Source: Azolla caroliniana (Eukaryota; Plantae; Polypodiophyta). Taken from it: DNA of 64,000 nt. The notes beneath the pieces were generated by a model that saw only the letters and a program-made list of their open reading frames with translations, made no database searches and had not been told where the DNA came from. Position 1 is the stretch's first letter. Every line of letters begins with the position of its first letter. The translations under genes and the position numbers were made by a program. The stretch is taken from assembly GCA_043228905.1 (NCBI GenBank), contig JBHGNT010000014.1:6324001-6388000 (forward strand), read 5' to 3'. Below are positions 49,436-60,493 of the stretch, one piece after another.

Positions 49436-50377
49436 TAGTCTATTTGTACGACGTCGCTGCTTTTCTTCTTCGGATAATGGCCCTCGACGACGTGTAGTGT
49501 CAATCTCCATCGGAGTCAGAGTATTCGTTGGAGGCGCATTATATGACTCCCTCGGAAAAGGTCTTGCTACCACTGAGGCGTAGGTGGGCTCTGATCTTAC
49601 CCTCGGCATCTGTAGCTGTCATTCCGAACATCGCTCAAAGAGGCGGTTGTCACATCTCACCGCGCGACTGATTGCTTCTGTTAAGGACTTTGGCTCTTCG
49701 GGGAAGGTCAAGAGTAAATCCTTGACGTCGTTGCGTAAACCATAACGGAATTGCTCCATCAACGCTTGATCATCCCAAGGGATATCAGCGGCGAGTAGGC
49801 GAAAATCTGCAGTGTATGTGGAGGCTGGACGGTCACCTTGGCGTAATCGCCGAATTTTGTTGATTGTGATCCTGATGTTGTTCGTATCTCCGAAACATGC
49901 TTTAAACTCACCTAGAAACTCTTCAAAATTGTTGAGTAACGGAGATTCCTTTTCTAATAGTGGAGCGAACCATGCCAACGCTGAGCCACTTAACAAAGTG
50001 CCTACTAAACCCACTCGTGATGCATCGGTGGGATATCGGGAAGGATGCATTTGAATAACTAATCGTACCTGGTTAAGGAACCCTCTAAACTGCGATCGCG
50101 TTCCATCAAACTTCGTGGGAAGACCAATCTTGGGTTCTTTATGAATCCCTTGTGTTCCGGGCCCTTGTTGTTGCATCGCTACGATGGTTGCTTCGAGTTG
50201 TTGCACACGTAACGCAAGTTCCCCATGATGTTGTTGCGTTTGCTGCTTTTCTAAGGAGATTTGTTGAAGATCCCCCAACAACCGTTGGTTTTCTTGTTCC
50301 AAAGCATGGAACTTCTCTTTCAAGCATTGAAATTCCGAGAAAACAGATTGATATTCTTCAGCGCTAACCGTGGCCAT
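49436..50377 (-). pseudogene. Chromovirus gag, N-terminal part (continues at 42245-42032)
   Basis: Coiled coil, retrotransposon gag domain (LRQGDRPASTYTADF) and TPMEID. Internal TGA at 49619-49621. The DNA transposon splits gag just before the zinc knuckle. Confidence 0.9.
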
Positions 50378-50437
50378 GGGATGAAAGAAAAGAGGAATAA
50401 GAGATTAGTAGGAAATGAGAGAGACAGAAGGTAGGAA

Positions 50438-50449
50438 AAATCGGTTCAA
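50438..50449 (-). promoter_or_regulatory. Self-priming PBS (non-tRNA)
   Basis: TTGAACCGATTT next to the 5' LTR is complementary to AAATCGGTTCAA inside the LTR (50666-50655), which starts 33 nt downstream of TATAAAA (50699-50693). Confidence 0.8.
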
Positions 50450-50451
50450 AC

Positions 50452-50544
50452 TGTCAGGAACAGTACGAAGATAGAGAAGGAATTAGTACTAAAAGAAGTA
50501 TTAGTACTAAGAGAGGTGAAGAACTCTCGAGAGAAGGAAAGAGT

Positions 50545-50582
<38 letters not shown>

Positions 50583-50882
50583 GTGAGTGATGATAAGAAG
50601 AGATATATATTATATGAAGAAAATGTACAGTAGCTAGGAGGCTTAAGACTGGTGTTGAACCGATTTGGTTCGAAATAATGCCTTGTGCCTCCTTTTATAG
50701 TGTTCTATGGAATACTCCTGAAGTTTCTAGAATGTTCCAGAGAAATCTGGAATATACATCAATTTTCTAAATAAAACATAAATGAAAATAATATTTTACG
50801 TATTACAATGTATAGTCTAATGGTCAAGAGCTCGACCCATGTAGCATAAGGTCATGGGTTCGAGTCTTGCCATATCATGACA
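50452..50882 (-). repeat. 5' LTR of the chromovirus
   Basis: TGTCAGG...ATGACA; direct repeat of 38533-38962. Confidence 0.95.
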
Positions 50883-51099
50883 GTTACAAACTAGAGATGA
50901 CTCTGACTCCAACCCTAGTCGACCCGAACTTGGCCAACCAAGAGGTAGAAGATGACGACCAACTAAGGCATATGTTCGAAGAAAATCCGATCATGACCAA
51001 GCTTAGTGGGACATAAGAACCCCCAAGTAACCAGAGCACATATCGACCAAGTCTGAAGATGGACAAAGGCAAGGCCAAAATGCCGGAATATGAAGATGA

Positions 51100-51718
51100 T
51101 GTTGGGATTTCGGTCCCTTTCGGATGGGATGGTCGGATATCGGAGATGAATGCCGACAAGCCCGGTTTCGGTTTCGGATCCGGATGACGAAGACCCCGGC
51201 TTCGGTGCCGGATGACGAATGTACCCGGAGAGCGATCCGGATGCAGGGACATATCCGTGAATATGTTCGCTACGAGCCCCCTGAGGCTATAGTTGTAAAT
51301 AGCCCAAAGTCATATAAGTATAAATATGACTTAGGGCAAACAGTTTTTCTGTTGCTTCTCATTTTTCTGTTTTTCCACTTTAGAGGAGTGAAGAGAGAGC
51401 AGCCGTGTGAGAGAGAAAGAGAGAGAGCGCGAAGAGAAAGAGGTAGACGCCTCTGTGTATTTCCGCCGCCTGTGGCGAGGACAGCGAGCTCAAGGTCGTC
51501 GCCTTGGAGCTCGTCATTGTATACTTCTCTGTATAGTGTTGTTTGGAGTCTTGTACTCCCGTGGTTTTTCCCCGTTTAGGGTTTTCCACGTTAATCCTTG
51601 TGTACTCGCGTTTCTTCGTTTTGTTTCTACGTGTGTTTCCTATTTTCTGCTCCATTGATCCGCGATTAATCGGTTGTGGCCGAGATAAGAAGGTGGATAG
51701 AAGGGCCTATTCCTTACA
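51100..51718 (+). repeat. 5' LTR of the intact Copia
   Basis: TGTTGGG...CCTTACA. Confidence 0.97.
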
Positions 51719-51747
51719 AACTGGTATCAGAGCGACTGTTGCAGAAA

Positions 51748-54700
51748 ATGGAAGGCGGCGGCAGCGGGCAGCCGATGATGATGGTGCTGAATGCACAGAA
51801 TTACGCCGACTGGAAGATCAAGATGGAGGATCTTCTGATTGTTCGGGACCTGTACGAACCGATTGACAGGTCGGAAATACCGAAGGGGGTACTTGAGTCG
51901 GAGTGGAAGCTCCTGAACCGGAAAGCCGTAGCGACGATCCGACAATATGTCGACGTAAGCGTCCTGCAACATGTGGCGAACGACACCAACGCATACGAGA
52001 TGTGGAAGAAGCTGTCTGGCCTCTATGAGAGGAAGAATGCGTTGAACCGGACCTCCCTGATGAGGAAGATTGTGAATCTCAAGTATCGGGACGGCGAGAG
52101 TATGGTGGAACACGTAAGCACGTTCATGGGATTCGTGAACCAGCTTGCGGCGATCAAGTTCCCGTTGGAGGATGCAATGCAAGCCATCATCCTGATGTGT
52201 ACATTGCCGGAAAGCTGGGAGAACTTGGTGGTGACTCTCAGCACCTCGTGCACCGAAGATAACTTGTCCTTACAAACTGTAAAGACAAGTATTCTGAATG
52301 AAGAAGCGCGTCGGAGAGATAAGGAACCGGCCTCCGACCCGAAGATGCTGTTTACCGAATCGGATCGGGGAAGACAATGGAACCGGAGTCCGCAAAGACG
52401 GGAGAAGTCGGGGACCCGGTCGCAGTCAAGAGGAAGGCCCACATGCTTCCACTGTGGGAAGCCGGGGCACTTCCGAAAGAATTGTCGGCATTACCGAAAA
52501 GACAACGGAGCCGACGACACCGACTCGAAGAAGTCACCGGAGAGAAACGGTGCATACCGGGGAGCCACGGACCGGAGAGGTTCGGATCGGCGAGGGCAAA
52601 ACCGGAAAGGAACAACGGCACTCGCGGCAAGTGAGGAAGAAATCATGCTCATCACCGAAGAAGGTGAGCTAAACGTTGCCGGCGATGAGACGACCTGGGT
52701 GGTCGATTCCGGAGCATCGTTCCACCTGACCCCGGAGAGAAGATACTTCTCATCCTACACAGCCGGCGAGCATGGCTGTGTTCGGATGGGAAATGAAGGT
52801 ACGTGCCGGATTGCCGGCATAGGAGACGTGTGGTTGACAACCCCGACCGGATGCAAAATGCTGCTGAAAGATGTCCGACACGTTCCGGAGGTCCGATTGA
52901 ACCTGATTTCGGCCGGGAGGCTAGATGATGAAGGCTACACGGGTAGCATCCGGAACGGTGTCATGAAGTTCAGCAAGGGGAGCTTGATAGTGGTTCGGGC
53001 CCGGAAGGTCAACACACTGTACCTGATGAATGCCCGGTTATGTCCGGAAGAGCTGAATGTGGCAGCCGACACTGCCGGTGAGCTGTGGCACAAAAGACTG
53101 TGCCACATGAGTGAGAAGGGGATGAAGAGGCTTGCAGAAGACAACCTCATCCCAGTGAAGCACGTGCACCTGGAGAAGTGCACCGATTGCCTGGCCGGTA
53201 AGCAGAACCGAACCTCCTTCCACTCAAGGCCACCGACGAGACGTAGCGCACCATTGGAGTTGGTGCACACTGATGTGTGTCAGGTAGAAACGAAGTCACA
53301 TGGCGGAGCCCAGTACTTCGTGACATTCATTGATGATCACAGCCGGAAGCTGTGGACGGCACCGTTGAAGACAAAGGACCAAGTGTTGTCCGTCTTCAAA
53401 GAACTCCACGCGAGAGTGGAAAGGGAATCCGGCAAGAAGCTGAAAGCGATACGAGCGGATAACGGAGGGGAATACCGGGGGCAGTTCCAGGAGTACTGTC
53501 GCTCGAAGGGAATCCGACTCGAGTTTACTGTGCCGAAGACGCCGGAACTGAACGGGCTGGCCGAGAGGATGAACCGGACCATAATGGAGCGGGTCCGGAG
53601 TATGCTGGCGCATGCGAAATTACCCAAGGGGTTTTGGGCTGAGGCAATGTCGACGGCGACATACGTGATAAACAGATCACCCTCAGTACCTTTGGACGGA
53701 GACACGCCGCAGAGAGTGTGGACCGGTAAGGAAGTGTCCTACCGGCATCTGAAGGTGTTCGGGTGTCTCGCATACGTGCATGTGGCAAAGGACCGGAGAG
53801 GAAAGCTAGATCCGAAGACCCGGCCATGCATATTCCTCGGTTACGGCGACAACGAGTTCGGCTACCGAGTATGGGACCCGGTCGACAAGAAGATATTCCG
53901 GAGTCGTGATATCATCTTCATGGAGAACAAGACGCTCGCCGACTGGGAGTCGGAGAAGAAGATGAAGAGCTCCAAGTCGACCGGTGAGGATCAACTCTAC
54001 GAGGAGCAGTCCCGACCGGCAAGGGACCGGTTAGCACTCGAGGATCCGGCCGAAGACAGTGAAGACACAGAACCGGCCGAAGAAGATGAAAATGATACCG
54101 GAACCGGCCCCGATCCCGAAATGGTCTCGGATGAAGAAGAATCGGAAGAACCGGTTACCGAAGCTCCGGAACGGAGATATCCTCTAAGAGAGAGAAGGGC
54201 CCCCCGGAGATTTCCGGAACCAGAGCACGTGCTGCTAACCGACGAGGGGGAGCCGGAGAGCTTTGAAGAAGCGAAGCATGACACCCAGAGCCGCAGGTGG
54301 TTGAGTGCCATGCAGGACGAGATGGATTCCCTGCATGAGAACCACACATATGAACTTGTGGAGTTGCCGAAGGGAAAGCGGGCACTTCGAAACAAGTGGG
54401 TGTTCAAGCTGAAACCGGGAGATGCCGGAAACCCCCCGAGATACAAAGCCAGGATCGTGGTGAAGGGGTTTCAGCAAAAGAAGGGCGTCGACTTCGACGA
54501 GATATTTGCCCCGGTAGTGAAGATGACCTCCATCCGGACGGTGCTGAGCATAGCGGCAAGCATGGACCTCGAGGTAGAACAGATGGACGTGAAGACAGCA
54601 TTCCTTCACGGTGACCTCGAAGAAGAAATCTACATGCAGCAACCGGAAGGATTCGAGAAGAAAGGGAAGGAGCACCTGGTATGCCGGTTGAAGAAGAGCC

Positions 54701-55821
54701 TTTACGGACTGAAGCAGGCTCCCCGGCAATGGTACCGGAAGTTCGACTCCTTCATGACCGACGAAGGGTACCTCAAAACGCAGTCCGACCACTGCGTGTT
54801 TGTGAAGAAGTTTGAAGGAGGAGACTTCCTAATACTCCTCCTGTACGTGGACGACATGTTGATCGTCGGACGGGACCAGGTCAAGATACGGATGCTGAAG
54901 AAGGCTCTTCACCGAACCTTCTCAATGAAGGACCTGGGTCCGGCGAGGCAAATACTAGGGATGCACATAATCCGGGACCGGAAGAAGAAGCAGTTGTGGC
55001 TGTCACAGGAGAAGTACGTGACAAAGGTGCTTCAACGGTTCAACATGTCGGAAGCAAGACCGGTCGGATCGACCCTCCCGGCAAACTGCAAGCTGACCAG
55101 CAAGCAAAGTCCCAAGACAAAGGCTGAAAAGGAGGATATGATGGAAGTGCCGTATGCCTCAGCCGTCGGGAGCTTGATGTACGCCATGGTGTGTACGAGA
55201 CCGGACATAGGATATGCAGTCGGAGTGGTGAGCCGGTACATGAGCAATCCCGGCAAAGAGCACTGGAACGCGGTCAAGTGGATACTCCGATACCTGAAGG
55301 GCACGGCAAACGTGTGCCTCCGATTCGGCTCCGGTAAGCCCGAACTCGAAGGCTTTACTGATTCTGATATGTCGGCTGATGCAGATACCAACCGGTCCAC
55401 ATCAGGGTATGTGATGACGTATGCAGGGGGAGCTGTTTCGTGGCAGTCGAGGCTGCAGAAGACGGTTGCGTTGTCAACCACGGAGGCGGAGTACATGGCG
55501 GCTGTTGAAGCCGGCAAGGAAATAATATGGATGAAGGACTTCATTAGAGAGCTCGGTATCCGGCAAGAGGAGTACCGACTCTACTGCGACAGTCAGAGTG
55601 CCATCCACCTTGCGAAGAACGCAGCCTATCACTCCCGGACGAAGCACATCCAGCGAAGATATCACTGGATCCGGGAAAGGATAGAAGACAAGGAGTTCGT
55701 GCTGACGAAGATCCACACCGACGAGAACGGGTCGGATATGCTGACCAAGGTGCTCACACCCGACAAGCTGGAAGCATGCCGGAAGAGGATCGGATTGGAA
55801 AGACATCCCATGCCGAAGTGA
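51748..55821 (+). CDS. Copia Gag-Pol polyprotein (1357 aa from the ATG at 51748)
   Basis: Gag zinc knuckle CFHCGKPGHFRKNC, PR WVVDSGAS, LWHKRLCH, IN DDE, RT QMDVKTAFLHG/YVDDM, RH TDSD..STTEAEY..RTKHI. Confidence 0.97.
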   Translation: MEGGGSGQPMMMVLNAQNYADWKIKMEDLLIVRDLYEPIDRSEIPKGVLESEWKLLNRKAVATIRQYVDVSVLQHVANDTNAYEMWKKLSGLYERKNALNRTSLMRKIVNLKYRDGESMVEHVSTFMGFVNQLAAIKFPLEDAMQAIILMCTLPESWENLVVTLSTSCTEDNLSLQTVKTSILNEEARRRDKEPASDPKMLFTESDRGRQWNRSPQRREKSGTRSQSRGRPTCFHCGKPGHFRKNCRHYRKDNGADDTDSKKSPERNGAYRGATDRRGSDRRGQNRKGTTALAASEEEIMLITEEGELNVAGDETTWVVDSGASFHLTPERRYFSSYTAGEHGCVRMGNEGTCRIAGIGDVWLTTPTGCKMLLKDVRHVPEVRLNLISAGRLDDEGYTGSIRNGVMKFSKGSLIVVRARKVNTLYLMNARLCPEELNVAADTAGELWHKRLCHMSEKGMKRLAEDNLIPVKHVHLEKCTDCLAGKQNRTSFHSRPPTRRSAPLELVHTDVCQVETKSHGGAQYFVTFIDDHSRKLWTAPLKTKDQVLSVFKELHARVERESGKKLKAIRADNGGEYRGQFQEYCRSKGIRLEFTVPKTPELNGLAERMNRTIMERVRSMLAHAKLPKGFWAEAMSTATYVINRSPSVPLDGDTPQRVWTGKEVSYRHLKVFGCLAYVHVAKDRRGKLDPKTRPCIFLGYGDNEFGYRVWDPVDKKIFRSRDIIFMENKTLADWESEKKMKSSKSTGEDQLYEEQSRPARDRLALEDPAEDSEDTEPAEEDENDTGTGPDPEMVSDEEESEEPVTEAPERRYPLRERRAPRRFPEPEHVLLTDEGEPESFEEAKHDTQSRRWLSAMQDEMDSLHENHTYELVELPKGKRALRNKWVFKLKPGDAGNPPRYKARIVVKGFQQKKGVDFDEIFAPVVKMTSIRTVLSIAASMDLEVEQMDVKTAFLHGDLEEEIYMQQPEGFEKKGKEHLVCRLKKSLYGLKQAPRQWYRKFDSFMTDEGYLKTQSDHCVFVKKFEGGDFLILLLYVDDMLIVGRDQVKIRMLKKALHRTFSMKDLGPARQILGMHIIRDRKKKQLWLSQEKYVTKVLQRFNMSEARPVGSTLPANCKLTSKQSPKTKAEKEDMMEVPYASAVGSLMYAMVCTRPDIGYAVGVVSRYMSNPGKEHWNAVKWILRYLKGTANVCLRFGSGKPELEGFTDSDMSADADTNRSTSGYVMTYAGGAVSWQSRLQKTVALSTTEAEYMAAVEAGKEIIWMKDFIRELGIRQEEYRLYCDSQSAIHLAKNAAYHSRTKHIQRRYHWIRERIEDKEFVLTKIHTDENGSDMLTKVLTPDKLEACRKRIGLERHPMPK

Positions 55822-55831
55822 AGGGGGAGTT

Positions 55832-56450
55832 TGTTGGGATTTCGGTCCCTTTCGGATGGGATGGTCGGATATCGGAGATGAATGCCGACAAGCCCGGTTT
55901 CGGTTTCGGATCCGGATGACGAAGACCCCGGCTTCGGTGCCGGATGACGAATGTACCCGGAGAGCGATCCGGATGCAGGGACATATCCGTGAATATGTTC
56001 GCTACGAGCCCCCTGAGGCTATAGTTGTAAATAGCCCAAAGTCATATAAGTATAAATATGACTTAGGGCAAACAGTTTTTCTGTTGCTTCTCATTTTTCT
56101 GTTTTTCCACTTTAGAGGAGTGAAGAGAGAGCAGCCGTGTGAGAGAGAAAGAGAGAGAGCGCGAAGAGAAAGAGGTAGACGCCTCTGTGTATTTCCGCCG
56201 CCTGTGGCGAGGACAGCGAGCTCAAGGTCGTCGCCTTGGAGCTCGTCATTGTATACTTCTCTGTATAGTGTTGTTTGGAGTCTTGTACTCCCGTGGTTTT
56301 TCCCCGTTTAGGGTTTTCCACGTTAATCCTTGTGTACTCGCGTTTCTTCGTTTTGTTTCTACGTGTGTTTCCTATTTTCTGCTCCATTGATCCGCGATTA
56401 ATCGGTTGTGGCCGAGATAAGAAGGTGGATAGAAGGGCCTATTCCTTACA
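55832..56450 (+). repeat. 3' LTR of the intact Copia
   Basis: Direct repeat of 51100-51718. Confidence 0.97.
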
Positions 56451-58689
56451 GATGATCAATTCAACGGCAATGAATCGACTCACTCACTTGACAATGAGTT
56501 CGTTGGCTTTGATATGCCTCTTATGAGGTCATTCGGAGTTAAGAAAGCACTCACATTGGCCAATGAGAAACTCCGTCACTCCACCCAAGAGAAGAATCTG
56601 GTTAGCCGATTCGGCTACAACGACTATATGGCATATCACTATGCCTTTATGATGAAGGTGGCAACAGATCGTGAACCGGAGAGTTTTGTTGAAGCCACCA
56701 AGGATCTAGGATGGATCAAAGCTATGAACAAGGACATGGGGGCACTATGCAAGAACGAGACATGGGATCTCGTTCCCCACTCACCACACAAAAAGGCGAT
56801 CGGATGCAGATGGATTTACAAGGTGAAGTATAATGTTGATGGCTCTGTCAATCGTTACAAAGCCCGACTCGTAGCGAAAGTATACGCCCAAACGCATGGA
56901 GTCGACTATGAAGAGACCTTTGCCCCGGTGACAAAGATGATGACTACACGGACCGTGATTGCACTTGAAGCTGCAAAAGGGTGGCACCTCCATCAAATGG
57001 ACATCAAGAACGCCTTTCTTCAAGGAGAATTAGAAGAGGAGGTGTACATGGTACAATCACCAAGCTTCGAATCCAACATCCAACATCCAACATCCATCCG
57101 AAAGCAGTCTGTCAACTTAAGAGGCCTCTCTACAGCCTTAAGCAAGCACCATGTGCTTGGCACTCTAAGATAACATAGTATCTTCATCAAATCAGCTTCC
57201 GAATGTTGAAATCCGACAACTCCCTCTACATAAGAAGCAATTTTGGAAGTCTAATTGTCATCATCCTATATGTAGATGATCTAGTCATTGGAGTTAAACA
57301 TCTAGTCGACATCAACAAGGTCAAGTCCCTCCTCTCCGACAAATTCGAGATGAAGGACATGAAGGAGTTCCATTACCCTCCTTGGCATCGAGGTAATTTA
57401 GACTCCAGCCGGCATTATGATCTCCCAAAGACACTACATCCTCAACTTATTATACAAGTTCGGGATGACTGAGAGCAAATCTGTGGCAATCCCTCTCGAT
57501 TGAAATCTCAAACTTGATGCTGACACCGGCACAGAAGAGTGCGAGCCAACTCAGTATCAACAATTGATCGGGAGACTCATCCTCCTCGCGATCACTCGTC
57601 CTGACCTTAGCTACCCGGTCGGTCTCCTCAGCCAATTCATGCAGAAACCACGAGACATTCACTTGGATTGCTTTAAGCGAGTATTACGATACGTGAGCGG
57701 CACAATGGATTGTGGTATTCTCTACGAATCAGTCACACCAATTCGACTCAAAGGGTACACAGATGCCAACTGGGCTGGCTACAAAGCCGATCGACGATCA
57801 ACCTCTAGTTTCATCTTCTCCCTCGGAAGTGGAGCCATCTCCTGGAGTAGCAAGAAGCAACCAACTATCGCTCTTTCGAGCACAGAGGCCGAATACAAGG
57901 GCACGGCGATGGCTACATGTGAAGTCATATGGCTCAAGAGGATATTGAAGGATCTGAGCATTCCCATCAAACATCTGATTCCCCTTTACTGCGACAACAT
58001 GAGTAGAATGAGTATTTATCTGGCTCGGAACCCGGTGTTCCACGCGCACACGAAGCATATCGAAGTGCATTATCACTTCATCCGAGAGCGCGTTCAGGCA
58101 AGAGATGTCGACCTTCAACATATCAACACAAATCTTCAGATAGCCGACATCTTCACCAAAGCCCTAGGAGCCGAAAAGCTTCGACAATTCATGTCAAACC
58201 TTGGACTAACAATCCCTGACTTGCCTTGCTTGAGGGGGCGTACAAACCAGACACTAGCCGAACCGGATACCAGTCAAAGCATACATCAACCAAAGTAGCC
58301 GACCAAAGTTGAGCTTGAGGGGGCGTGTTGAGAATCAAGCTCAACCTAGTCTAGTGTGTGAACACACCCTTGAGAGTGTATGAACACTCAAAGGTCAAAA
58401 GTCACCACTACTTTTGTAGCATTAACAATGTGTCATAGAATCATATTCAATGACACATAACTAATGAGTTTCCACATTCCCTATGACCGATGAGCTTCGG
58501 TAATTAATGAAGAGAGAGGGTGACTATATAAAGTACCCTCCTCCTACTTTGTAATGTGTCGGTTAATCTCCTTTGTAATATACATCTTCTTGAGTATTCT
58601 ATTTTCTCCTCTCCTCTCCTCTTCTCAAACACACACAACACACATCTCTAACCTACTCTGCTACACAAAATCACCATCGATTCGTTACA

Positions 58690-60106
58690 ACCTTCCTTGC
58701 ACCCAAAAAGGCCATGATGCCATCTAGGTTGTGGTTGATCGGCTAACTAAAATGGCCAGATTTATTGCTACTAAAACCACGGTAACAAATCCTGAATTGG
58801 CTTACCAATTCGTTGACGAATTATTTCGTTTTTATGGGTTACCAATGGATATTGTCAGTGATCAAGATCCAAAGTTTACTAGCGACTTTTGGCCACAAGT
58901 CTTTAAGAAGTTAGAAACTACATTGAGCATGAGCTCCACAGGTCATCCTCAATCCGATGGACAGACAGAATGAGTAAATCAAAATATTGAGGACATGCTC
59001 CATGCATATTTTGGTACAAAACCAACAAAATGGGAACGTTATCTCCCAATTTTGGAGTTTGCTTATAACAACTCCAAACATACATCGACAAGATATAGTC
59101 CTTTTATGTTGATTTATGGTTTTCAGCCACGAGCCCCGATTGATGTTAATATACATCATGATGAGTTGCGAAGTACGCAAAACTTTCTTCGGGATATGCA
59201 AGATATGTTGCATATTGCACGAGATAATATAAAAACAGCTCAAGATAGAGCGTGTTTTTATGCTAATCATAATAGGCAACCTTGTGTTTTCAACCCTAGA
59301 CATAAGGTATTTTTACATGTACCTCACAATTCTAAGACATTCTCTACGAGTAAGTGCACTAAGTTAGCCCCACGGTTTTGTGAACCTTTTACAATCCTCA
59401 AACGCATTGGTTCATCCGCCTATCATCTTGCTCTTCCTGATGGCGTTGAAATCCATCTAGTTTTTCATGTAAGTCGTCTAAAAGAACTTCTAGGTTCTGG
59501 CGACAATACAGTTACAACTGAAACTCTGGTTACTTCTGAAGATTTATCTTGTAAACCACATGTGCCAGAAAGAATTCTCGATGTTAAAACAAAAAATTTG
59601 CATTCTAAAATAATCCAAGAATTTAAAATTAAATGGATGGATAAATCTATCAAAGATGCCACATGGGAACGCGAAAATACTCTTAGAACTAGCTTCCCTA
59701 ACTTTCCATTGCAAGAGTGCCATGTTTTAAAGAGGGTGAGTATGTTACAGGCATGACCATATAATATCTTGTGGTGACAATGTATTGTAGTATTCTATAC
59801 ACGTGGATAAAGTGTGACGGTTAAACGAGAGTGTAAAGAAGGGGAGGATTACTTTTAATCCTTGGAATTGAGACAACCCATTAGGCCAAGTTTGAACTTG
59901 TCTAGGGCCTTGGATCTGGCTATAAATATGAGGCCTAGCTACCCTCATTTGATCATCTCTGGACTATGTCGAGACTCCATTCTTGTGGTGGGTCAACTCT
60001 TGTAGTGAGCGCACCAACTCCATGTACGACTCGACGCCACGGCGGTGGTATGAGACACCGATCGAGGCTCGAGTCCATCTCGATCCCTTCGCTCGGGGGT
60101 GGTCAG
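58690..60106 (+). mobile_element. Gypsy chromovirus 3' part (integrase, chromodomain, start of 3' LTR at 59743)
   Basis: VVDRLTKMA, GHPQSDGQTE, GPF-like CEPFTIL and chromodomain PERILD..FKIKW..ATWE. PPT AAGAGGGTGAG precedes TGTTACAG. Confidence 0.85.
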
Positions 60107-60449
60107 TGTCATGATATAGCATGGTATGGCTTTAAAAGGATTTGACCCAATGACCTTGTGTCACATGGGTTGAAGCCTTATCGTTAAGCTATACATTGTA
60201 ATACAAAGTTCAATATTACTTCCATTTATTATAGGAAATCCATGTATATTCTAGATTTCTTTGGAATTTCTTGACATTCTAGAAATGTCAAGAGTATTGC
60301 TAAGCCACATTTCTAGAGTATTCCTAAGCCACTATGAAAAGAGGCACATGGCATTATTGAGAACCAAATCGGTTCAAACTGTCAGGAATAGTACTAAGAC
60401 AGAGAGGGAATTAATACTAAAAGATGAGGATTAGTACTAAGAGAAGTGA

Positions 60450-60493
<44 letters not shown>

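Larger units (their letters stand above)
38533..50882 (-). mobile_element. Ty3/Gypsy chromovirus (Tf1/sushi/Tcn1-like), RT core deleted, interrupted by a DNA transposon
   Basis: ~430-bp LTRs at 38533-38962 and 50452-50882, TSD ATTAC/GTTAC, PPT at 38963-38975. Gag (FDGTRSQFRGFL...CLYCGGPGHIAINC), protease (LLDSGA), RH (EADASDFALG), IN (DTCCRAK, GYHPQTDGQAER) and chromodomain (YLVDWLGYSPNEHTWEP). Confidence 0.96.
51100..56450 (+). mobile_element. Intact, very young Ty1/Copia LTR retrotransposon
   Basis: 619-bp LTRs at 51100-51718 and 55832-56450 look identical. TSD GATGA, PBS TGGTATCAGAGC at 51722-51733, PPT at 55820-55829, single uninterrupted ORF. Confidence 0.98.
31892..58689 (+). mobile_element. 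Degenerate host Copia, interrupted three times; 3' LTR 58326-58689
   Basis: Segments 31892-32612, 37845-38532, 50883-51099 and 56451-58689 rejoin across TSDs into protease (WLVDSGASNHM), GAG-pre-IN (LWHKRIGH), IN (LLEV|VHSDVWGP), RT and RH. PPT GAGGGGGCG precedes TGTTGAG at 58326. Confidence 0.85.

Noticed and set aside
50805-50880. Functional tRNA gene
   Set aside because: A and B boxes are present but the acceptor and anticodon stems do not pair. Reported only as a tRNA-like cassette.
51727-55806. Many antisense ORFs over the Copia gag-pol and the PPR genes
   Set aside because: Shadow ORFs of long coding frames with no independent motifs.
51124-56390. Identical 151-, 91- and 83-aa ORFs occurring twice (also the 60- and 74-aa pairs at 32665/37299 and 32965/37599)
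   Set aside because: They lie within LTR pairs and have no protein motifs, so they are by-products of the repeat.
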